Assembly: GCA_964619725.1 (NCBI GenBank)
Contig: CAZUFC010000066.1
Span: 1 to 46,856 of the forward strand
DNA length: 46,856 bases
From: an uncultured bacterium
GTDB taxonomy: Bacteria; CSSED10-310; CAZUFC01
Direction of reading: 5' to 3'
A program made the translations under genes and the position numbers. The notes under the pieces are model-generated. The model saw nothing but the letters and a program-made list of their open reading frames with translations. It was not told the DNA's origin and ran no database searches. Numbering within the stretch: the first letter of the stretch is position 1; every line of letters starts with the position of its first letter. This document shows positions 27,951-35,421 of the stretch, in pieces.

Positions 27951-29492
27951 TTATTTCAGGTGAATAGTGCTGGAAAGTTTATTTCCATGGAGAAAATCAT
28001 TGGTGGAATTGAACTGGAAGGCCAAACCTCTGTCCATGTAGTACCATGTATCTGATTCTGAACCGTCCGACATGAACCAGCGGGCGCCTCGATTCAATTT
28101 AGTTGTTTTAATTTCATCCGGTTCTCCGTATTGGAGATAAATACGCCCCTTGTCCGTCGCTGAGCCTGTTTTTCCGGGAATGGAGAAGTTTTTCAGGACG
28201 TATTCCCGTCTTCTGTTGATTTCTTCCCGGGCGGCTTTGGGGTAATGGCTCCAGAAAAAATGCGCCATCTGTCGGCGTTTCTGCCTGTCTGCATTTGAGT
28301 AATCAATAAAGACCCGCTTGCCGAAGGCCAATTCTGCGAAATTCATCAATTCGAGTTCCTGTTTTTCTTCTTCATTCAGGGGCAAAGGTTCAGTTATTCG
28401 TGATGTTCGAGGGCTTTCAGTGATTCTTACAGTCAGTTCTTTAGCGGTTCCGTTTCTTAGAATCTTAACAGAGGTATCCGTACCGATGGGTATACGCTGG
28501 ACGAGGTTTTGAAAAGTATCCAGGTTCGATGTTTTTTCTCCGGCGAACTCGAGTATCAAGTCGTTGGCTTTGAGTCCCGCTTTATCGCCCGGGCTGTCCT
28601 GAAGGACTTTCTGAACTTTCAGACCTTTGAGGCGCGTTCCGTCGATATGTATACCGGCTTTGGAGGGAAGAACGTTTATTCCCAGCCAACCGCGAATAAT
28701 TTCACCCTTAACGATCAGTTCATCGGCGATTTTTTTTATACGATTGGAAGGCAAGGCGAATCCGATTTCTTCACGAATTTCGCTGCTGCCTTCCAGAACG
28801 GCAGTGGTTAAACCCACAACCTCTCCGGAAGAATTAAGTATGGCTCCTCCGCTGTCTCCCGGACCTATGCCTATATTCATCTGGATGTAATCGCTGAAAG
28901 GACCGAGGCGACCCATGAAGCTGCTGCGGGCGCTTACCATGCCGAAAGCGACTGATTCCACGGGACCGTAAGAGCTGCCCACCGAGATGACCCAGGAACC
29001 CGGATGAATGTCGTCAGAATTTCCCCAGGTCGGGTTCTCAGTATCCAGCTCTTCAGCCTGGATAACGGCTATGTTGCTGTATTCGTCCAATCCGACCAAC
29101 CTGGCGCCGGATTCTTCGCCCTCCCGCGTCTGAACCAGAATTTGAATCGCATCCCTGACCACTTCAGCCGTCGTTATTATATGGCCTTCTTTGTCGAATA
29201 TGATCCCGGAACCGATCCGGTTTTCAAACTGATAGTTCCTGTAATCGCTGTCTTCTGTAAAAGACGGACTGCGGGAAGAACCGGAAAAAACTCCGCCAGG
29301 CCCGATTTCTTTCGATACGATAATATTGACGACGCTGTCCTTCGTGTCTTCCAGTATACCGATACATTCTCTTTCAAGTTCCTGCAGGAGACTCAACCCC
29401 CACGCAGGGCATGCGACGACTGAAAGCGATAGGGATAGCAGCAGCGTCAGAACAATTTTTTTCAATATTCGCCTACTCATCCCTGACGTCAT
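27951..29492 (-). CDS. Exported HtrA-like trypsin domain + PDZ + GWxTD-like domain, catalytic triad degenerate
   Basis: Signal peptide, GSGIIF, GDSGG, GIRG-like GEIIRGWLGI, PDZ (SPGDKAGL..NDLI), C-terminal FW...RR..Y....F...GSATDKGRIYLQYGEPD. Start 29492 or 29480. Confidence 0.85.
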   Translation of the reverse strand: MTSGMSRRILKKIVLTLLLSLSLSVVACPAWGLSLLQELERECIGILEDTKDSVVNIIVSKEIGPGGVFSGSSRSPSFTEDSDYRNYQFENRIGSGIIFDKEGHIITTAEVVRDAIQILVQTREGEESGARLVGLDEYSNIAVIQAEELDTENPTWGNSDDIHPGSWVISVGSSYGPVESVAFGMVSARSSFMGRLGPFSDYIQMNIGIGPGDSGGAILNSSGEVVGLTTAVLEGSSEIREEIGFALPSNRIKKIADELIVKGEIIRGWLGINVLPSKAGIHIDGTRLKGLKVQKVLQDSPGDKAGLKANDLILEFAGEKTSNLDTFQNLVQRIPIGTDTSVKILRNGTAKELTVRITESPRTSRITEPLPLNEEEKQELELMNFAELAFGKRVFIDYSNADRQKRRQMAHFFWSHYPKAAREEINRRREYVLKNFSIPGKTGSATDKGRIYLQYGEPDEIKTTKLNRGARWFMSDGSESDTWYYMDRGLAFQFNSTNDFLHGNKLSSTIHLK

Positions 29493-29523
29493 AATACAAA
29501 TTTTGCCCCTTTTGTCGATAATG

Positions 29524-30066
29524 TCATAACGTAAGCCCCTCTTGAAATGCTCCGATATCAAGACGGTTAAGCACAAGCTTTTCCCGGCTTTCTTTCTTTT
29601 CCTCATCCATAAATCCTATTGTCCCTATCACATATTTTTCTTCGGCCGGCGCCGGGGGCGAAACTTCCTGAACCGAAGCAAAATCCGCAATTACGAACGT
29701 ATGAGTTGGAGAAGCTTGATTATTAGGCATCCGTACAGCATCGTCCGATATGAAAAACAGCATCATGATCAGGCAAAAGGCGGTCGCCGTAAAGGAGAAT
29801 ACACGAACCGGCCAGCGACGCATGTTCCAGGTCGCGCGCTGCGATTCCTCACCCCTTACGGCCTTCCAAAACGAACGACTGAACTCATCCTCAGAACTCC
29901 ACTCAGGCTCCTCGCGCAAAACGTCGAGCACATCTCCATAATTCGACAACCAGGCCCGGCATCCATCGCAATTCTTCAAATGGTTCATCAATCTCTGATC
30001 GTCGACGGACTTCTCTTCTGCCGCTTCCATCATCATGATCATGAATTTCCTGCATTGTCTATTCAT
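29524..30066 (-). CDS. Zinc-binding (HxxxCxxC) transmembrane anti-sigma factor
   Basis: HLKNCDGC, one TM helix, directly downstream of an ECF sigma factor. ATG at 30066 follows AAGGA. Confidence 0.85.
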   Translation of the reverse strand: MNRQCRKFMIMMMEAAEEKSVDDQRLMNHLKNCDGCRAWLSNYGDVLDVLREEPEWSSEDEFSRSFWKAVRGEESQRATWNMRRWPVRVFSFTATAFCLIMMLFFISDDAVRMPNNQASPTHTFVIADFASVQEVSPPAPAEEKYVIGTIGFMDEEKKESREKLVLNRLDIGAFQEGLTL

Positions 30067-30079
30067 TACTAAATTCCTT

Positions 30080-30664
30080 TTATTCGGAATATTTTTCAAG
30101 CAGTGAGCGGAATTTCAACCTGCCCCGGTTGACGCGACTCTTTATCGTGCCCACAGGACAGTCCACTATTTCGCTTATCTCTTCGTAAGAAAGTCCTTCG
30201 ACTTCCCTCAGTATAAATACTTCTCTGTATTTTTTCGGCAACTTATGCATCACTTGAAACATCGCTTCTTTCAGCTCTTTCCTCTCCAGTCTCACATCGG
30301 GCCGATCTCCGTCATCTCCTATGGCCGGCGCTCTTTCATATATTTTCCGGCTTCCAGACTCAATCCAGTTGCTCACCAAAACCGGTCGCCTCGATACCCG
30401 ACGCAACTCGTTTCTGCAAATATTGGCGGTGATCCGATATAACCATGACGAAAATTTGCGATCCAGATCAAACCTGTGCAGATTCCTGTACACTCTTAAA
30501 AAAACTTCCTGCGCCAAATCTTCCGCTCTTTCCTTGTCTCGAACATAAGGATAAATGAATCGTAAGAGCTTCGGTCGATATCGTCTTAATAATTCGTCGA
30601 AACACCGAATATCACCGCTTAACGTTAATTCAACCAGTTCCTGATCAGTCCGGGTCATAATCAA
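30080..30664 (-). CDS. ECF sigma-70 factor (RpoE/SigW-like)
   Basis: AEDLAQEVFLRVY, FSSWLYRITAN, EGLSYEEISE, GTIKSRVNRGR. Start 30664 or 30658. Confidence 0.95.
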   Translation of the reverse strand: MIMTRTDQELVELTLSGDIRCFDELLRRYRPKLLRFIYPYVRDKERAEDLAQEVFLRVYRNLHRFDLDRKFSSWLYRITANICRNELRRVSRRPVLVSNWIESGSRKIYERAPAIGDDGDRPDVRLERKELKEAMFQVMHKLPKKYREVFILREVEGLSYEEISEIVDCPVGTIKSRVNRGRLKFRSLLEKYSE

Positions 30665-30678
30665 TATCCGGCAGACTC

Positions 30679-30706
30679 TACTACACTAGTTTCAAGGAAA
30701 AGTTCC
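30679..30706 (-). promoter_or_regulatory. Candidate autoregulatory ECF promoter
   Basis: The minus strand reads GGAACTT (sigmaE-type -35, 30706-30700), and GGAAC-N17-GTAGTA immediately upstream of the sigma gene. The -10 match is weak. Confidence 0.4.
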
Positions 30707-31136
30707 CAATTTCTGAAAAAGATAAAAAAATCAACGTCCGATCATTCATACAGATTATAGTCTCCGTTCGCAATTCTGAAAAAAGAACTACTTTTTGAAG
30801 TGTAACGATTAATCAGGCCGCCGGCAAGACTCAACGCGAAAAACGCCGGATCACTGCGGTAAAAACTGGAAATGCCGTGAGCGAGCATTAGGAGGTTATA
30901 ATTTGAGCTGACCGGAATCCCTATGGATCGTTGAAAAGTTGATAGATACGAGACAGGTTTGGCAGCAGGCGAAAAGAAATACAATGGCGCTATCCTCTGA
31001 TTTTCGATATTTCGGGTATTTAAGCAGGGTAGGATTCGGGTCCCGGAATGAGTTTTGACAGTTTTACTCAGCTATGTTAAAAAACTTTTGTTAAGAAACT
31101 TCAGGAAAGCCTGAGAATTTCCAGAGGAGAAGAGAC

Positions 31137-31481
31137 ATGAATGGTCATCCCAAAAAAGGTTCCAGTTTTATTGCGGAAAACATCATCATACATGGAAACA
31201 TCAATGGCGAAGGCGACGTCAGGATGAGCGGGAGTCTGAAAGGTGAGGTTAGGCTAAATGCGGGCTGTTTCGTCGTAGAGGAATCAGGTTACATTGAAGG
31301 CGACATTTCCGTACCGGATTTAACGATTTCAGGACGAGTAAACGGAACCATAAATTCGGAGAACAGGGTCGAGATAACCTCAACGGGAAAAGTTGAAGGA
31401 AGCATCAAGACTCCTCGTTTACAGATAGCGGAAGGCGCCGTGTTAAACGGAGATTTTGAAGTTAAACGTGAGGAAGAATAG
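31137..31481 (+). CDS. Bactofilin (polymer-forming cytoskeletal protein)
   Basis: I.GNI...GDVR.SG...G, G.IEGDI, ISGRVNGTI, TGKVEGSI...RLQIAEGAVLNG; RBS GAGGA. Confidence 0.92.
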   Translation: MNGHPKKGSSFIAENIIIHGNINGEGDVRMSGSLKGEVRLNAGCFVVEESGYIEGDISVPDLTISGRVNGTINSENRVEITSTGKVEGSIKTPRLQIAEGAVLNGDFEVKREEE

Positions 31482-31493
31482 AGCGGGTGCCGG

Positions 31494-32444
31494 TCACTGC
31501 TTATGCTGAATAGTATGCTGAGTTGTTGAGTCAGCCGTCTTTCTGGGGATGTTGGCGTTTGCATGTCCGATTTGAGCATATTCGTAACCCGGTTTCAAGG
31601 CGGATAGACAAGAAACCGGCCAGTCCCGGCGGGCGCTTGCTGCTGGAAAAATCAGCGGATATTCGGCGGATGAAGCTGACGACAGCCCATGGTAATCGCT
31701 TCCGCCGGCAATAAAAAAATCCATCTTTCTGCTTTTTTCAAGAAGAATATTTATCTGTTCTTCGCTATGAGACGGATGATAAGCCTCCAGCCCCTGAATT
31801 CCCGCTTCTTTCAATTCGATCAAGAAACGGTCGAAATCGATATCGGAACTGAGCAGTCTTCCGGGATGCGCAAGAACTGCTGCTCCTCCGGCTCCTGAAA
31901 TCATCGAGACAGCCTCTCTGCATTTAAAGTAAAACTTCGGCTCATCCAATCTGACAAGGTAAGACTTGAAAGCCGTATGGATATTTTCTGTGATTTTTTT
32001 TTCTACCAGGGCCTGAGCGATATGAGGACGCCCCAGCGTTCCTTTGCATTTCTGTTTCACTAGGTTAAAGTCTATGGGTTCCCGGCCTGCCTTGATCAAT
32101 TCCAAGTTTACCTTTTCCAATATTTTTCTTCCCCGTTCTCGGCGTTCATGCTGGAACTTCTTCAACCTCTCAGACAAGCGATTGTCGCGCGTATCAAAGC
32201 AATAACCCAGAATGTGCAATTCTCCATATGCAGCATGGTGAACGGACAATTCGACGCCGGGTATTACAGAGGGATTCTTATGATGAGCTAAGCCGGGGAA
32301 ATCGCAGTAAGCCTGGACCGTATCATGATCGGTAAAAGAGATAATTGCGACGTTATTCTTGCGGGTGAGTTTCAATAATTCCGGGACGGATTTTGTACCG
32401 TCGGAATAATGAGTATGGATGTGCAGGTCAATGTAAGTTTTCAT
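31494..32444 (-). CDS. PHP-domain phosphoesterase (TrpH/YciV-like)
   Basis: DLHIHTHYSDG, TDHD, GVELS, HILGY, GRPHIA, LAHP, GGSDYHG. Confidence 0.92.
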   Translation of the reverse strand: MKTYIDLHIHTHYSDGTKSVPELLKLTRKNNVAIISFTDHDTVQAYCDFPGLAHHKNPSVIPGVELSVHHAAYGELHILGYCFDTRDNRLSERLKKFQHERRERGRKILEKVNLELIKAGREPIDFNLVKQKCKGTLGRPHIAQALVEKKITENIHTAFKSYLVRLDEPKFYFKCREAVSMISGAGGAAVLAHPGRLLSSDIDFDRFLIELKEAGIQGLEAYHPSHSEEQINILLEKSRKMDFFIAGGSDYHGLSSASSAEYPLIFPAASARRDWPVSCLSALKPGYEYAQIGHANANIPRKTADSTTQHTIQHKQ

Positions 32445-32827
32445 TTATTAAAAAAGTTTCCTGGCCGCTCATCTTCGTTTTTTTCTTTGCAGGCGGGGAA
32501 TTTTGTGTTTCAATGGCGAGGAGTCGGATCGACGATCGCACGAAGATTAGAGAAAATTCCACGGTCAAAGAAATAACACAACTGAGTTTAAGACACAAAT
32601 CCATTCGAAACTAAAGTTGCGAGAATTTGAAAATCATTGGGTATTATTAATGCCTTGGGAAACTCTGATTTTCAAATTTCAGAATTTCTTCAAGCGATAG
32701 GAAAAACAGGCAATGAGTCGCAAGAGAAAAAGAATGTTGATTTCATGAGTATCTTTTTGAAATAATAATGTCGTAAACGGTGCAATAAACGCTGCAATTT
32801 AAAAATCGATTACATAAGGAAGAAACA

Positions 32828-34372
32828 TTGAAAAAAACGAAAGGTTTAGAGTCATCAGCAGTTCAATGGATCATGATCGGGGCTGTTTTTCTTTTCACGG
32901 CGTGGCTTGTCATTGACTTTTTTCAGGGCAATCCTGTTTCACCGGCCGCTTTCATCAGATCGCTGTTGGAAAACAAGGTCTTTATGATTATGACTTTGGC
33001 GCTTGGGGCTATGCTTATACTTTCTCTGGCTCTGAGATTCCTGGGTAAATTTTACAATATGGCGAGAAAGAAGATGCCCGGTTATGCCGAATCCCGGAAG
33101 AAGGCAGGAGAGACAAGTTCATTAAAGTCTGACAAATTCAATGTTAGAGTCTACGATTATTTTGAACCGTCAGAGATCGACACGATGATGAAAAGGCTTT
33201 CGCAACAGGCGAATGTGGATATTCCGGCATTAGTTGATTTTTTTTTAGCCCAGGCTGTAGGACAGGGCGCCAGCGATATTCATCTGGAACCCACAGAGCA
33301 TGAAATCGTATTGAGGTACAGGATTGACGGGGTATTGCATGAGATCAGTTCTTTGCCCAAAAGGCTGCATGCCCGTATCTGTTCCCGATTGCGAGTATTG
33401 TCGAATTTATCGATTTACGAAAAAGGAAAACCCCAGGACGGACGATTACAGGTTAAAATCAAGGAAAAAAGTTTTGAGGTAAGAATATCCATTTTACCGA
33501 CGTTACACGGAGAGAAGGTCGTCATAAGGCTTTTTGAAACTGGAGAACTCAAGTTCAACCTGGATAAACTCGGCTTCGATCAGGAAACGCTGGAAAAATA
33601 CAAGGGATTGCTGACGAAACCCCAGGGAACGGTATTCCTGACAGGACCGACAGGAAGCGGAAAAACCACGACGATTTATTCTTCGATGATCTGGCTGTAT
33701 AAAAGAGCGGAAAAATCTGTGAACATAGTAACGATTGAGGACCCGATCGAAAGAGACCTGTCGCAATTCAACCAGACCCAGGTCGACGTGAATCGCGGAT
33801 TGTCGTTTGCTGCGGGATTAAGGACCATATTGCGTCAGGACCCCGACATAATTATGGTCGGCGAGATTCGCGATTATGAAACAGCCAAGATCGCCATTCA
33901 GGCCGGACTTACCGGGCATCTGGTCTTTACGACCGTTCACAGCGATTCGGCTGCAGGCGTCATAAATCGCATAATCAATATGCAGATCGAACCTTTTCTG
34001 CTCGCTTCATCCACAACCGCTGTTCTGGCGCAAAGATTGATCCGCAAGATTTGTCCCCATTGCCGTTACGAAACCATTCCCCCTTTGAAGCTTCTCAAAA
34101 AGTGCAATTTGCCGGCCGATATGAACCTGAGATATTATGCCTCCAAGGGATGCGAAAAATGCATGAATACAGGTTTCAAGGGAAGAACCGGCATCTTTGA
34201 ATTGATGGAAATCGACGATGATCTCAGGGATAAAATCGTCAAAAAGGTTCCCTCCAGAGAGATTTACAAAATGGCTGTCTCCAAAGGCATGAATACCCTC
34301 ATGAGCCAAGGACTGAAAAAGGTTTCTTCGGGGGAAACGACTCTTTCGGAGCTGTTGCGCGTTATTTCATAA
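32828..34372 (+). CDS. GspE/PilB-family secretion ATPase with two N-terminal hydrophobic helices
   Basis: ASDIHLEP, RIDG, PQDG, Walker A GPTGSGKTT, TIEDPIE, LRQDPDIIMVGEIRD, TGHLVFTTVH, CPHC/CEKC; TTG start after AAGGA. Confidence 0.92.
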   Translation: MKKTKGLESSAVQWIMIGAVFLFTAWLVIDFFQGNPVSPAAFIRSLLENKVFMIMTLALGAMLILSLALRFLGKFYNMARKKMPGYAESRKKAGETSSLKSDKFNVRVYDYFEPSEIDTMMKRLSQQANVDIPALVDFFLAQAVGQGASDIHLEPTEHEIVLRYRIDGVLHEISSLPKRLHARICSRLRVLSNLSIYEKGKPQDGRLQVKIKEKSFEVRISILPTLHGEKVVIRLFETGELKFNLDKLGFDQETLEKYKGLLTKPQGTVFLTGPTGSGKTTTIYSSMIWLYKRAEKSVNIVTIEDPIERDLSQFNQTQVDVNRGLSFAAGLRTILRQDPDIIMVGEIRDYETAKIAIQAGLTGHLVFTTVHSDSAAGVINRIINMQIEPFLLASSTTAVLAQRLIRKICPHCRYETIPPLKLLKKCNLPADMNLRYYASKGCEKCMNTGFKGRTGIFELMEIDDDLRDKIVKKVPSREIYKMAVSKGMNTLMSQGLKKVSSGETTLSELLRVIS

Positions 34373-34461
34373 AAAAAATCTTTCGTTTTTGGATCAGAAA
34401 CCGCAGCGCTTGTCCAGCATCGAAATTTGAATCGGGAATCGAGTTTATGGACAAGCGCTCG
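34373..34461 (-). repeat. Composite palindromic repeat, copy C (partial)
   Basis: Matches about 4209-4297 in the same orientation. Perfect 12-bp arms AGCGCTTGTCCA (34405-34416) and TGGACAAGCGCT (34448-34459). Confidence 0.82.
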
Positions 34462-34670
34462 CTGCTGACGAAGCAGATGTTTTACAGCCGGAGTCGGATG
34501 ATATCTGTTGCTTGCTGTTGTTTCTGTTGAGAATTATGTTGGTCTGCATTATAATAAACTGGTTTCGCCGGTAATTTGAAATGGCGTCGGCGATATGCGG
34601 AAGCGGGTCGAAAACCGGCCTGAACTTCAAATTGAACGGATTGAAAGATGGCTGTTTTCACGGTTGATCC

Positions 34671-35321
34671 TTGCAGCAGGAGATAAAGTTGAAGAATAAA
34701 TGCGTGATATGCGGCAAGCGAAAAGGGAAAAGATTTTGTGTGGCTTTGAGAGAATATATATGTCCCGCGTGTTGCGGAGCAGAGAGAAATGAATCGGTGG
34801 ATTGCCCTGAAGAGTGCGAATTTCTTAAAACAGGACAAGATTTTTCATATTCAAAGACGGCGGAAAAAGACGAAAACCTGTATATGAAATTGTCTGCGGA
34901 GACTATCGATAAATTTGATGATTATAGGCATGTGATTGACGGACTTTTTAGAGACCTGCATGAGAAGTTAAGGGAGGATCAATATTACCGGGATATTGAT
35001 ATCGTATGGGCATTGGAGAACAGGATTAAGGCATACAGGTACGGCGAGGATGAAAAGGAAGAGATAAAACTCAATCGGCAAGGCGTCTTGGAATCGACGA
35101 TAGACGGATTTTTCAAGTCTTATGAATACGAGCAGGGCCGTTTGTCCTCGCTTGAAAAACAGATGGTCGCCAGTACGGCCAGAACTTTTGTATTGAGCAG
35201 CAAAGAATCGGGTTTGCATTCCAGAGCTTTCATAGAAAAACTGGAAAAAATGCAGGTAGAGCAGAAAGAGAAAGAAGGCGAAGAAGGAGCGGGAACCTCC
35301 GGTAATATTATAATGCCATAA
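34671..35321 (+). CDS. Hypothetical protein with an N-terminal 8-Cys cluster (putative metal binding)
   Basis: CVIC...RFC...ICPACCG...DCPEEC followed by a helical region; start uncertain. Confidence 0.7.
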   Translation: MQQEIKLKNKCVICGKRKGKRFCVALREYICPACCGAERNESVDCPEECEFLKTGQDFSYSKTAEKDENLYMKLSAETIDKFDDYRHVIDGLFRDLHEKLREDQYYRDIDIVWALENRIKAYRYGEDEKEEIKLNRQGVLESTIDGFFKSYEYEQGRLSSLEKQMVASTARTFVLSSKESGLHSRAFIEKLEKMQVEQKEKEGEEGAGTSGNIIMP

Positions 35322-35421
35322 TGGAAGCCGGTTTTAGAGGAAGAGAACTAGAGTGATGAGAAATAAAATGGAGGATTCAGCGGAAAGAATAATGATGTGG
35401 GCAGCAGGAGAGGAAGAGTGA

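Noticed and set aside
30710-31130. Possible tmRNA/6S/other ncRNA, or the 80-aa ORF, in the long intergenic region
   Set aside because: No tRNA-like ends or other recognisable motifs, and the ORF looks non-coding. An Rfam scan would be needed to exclude an RNA.
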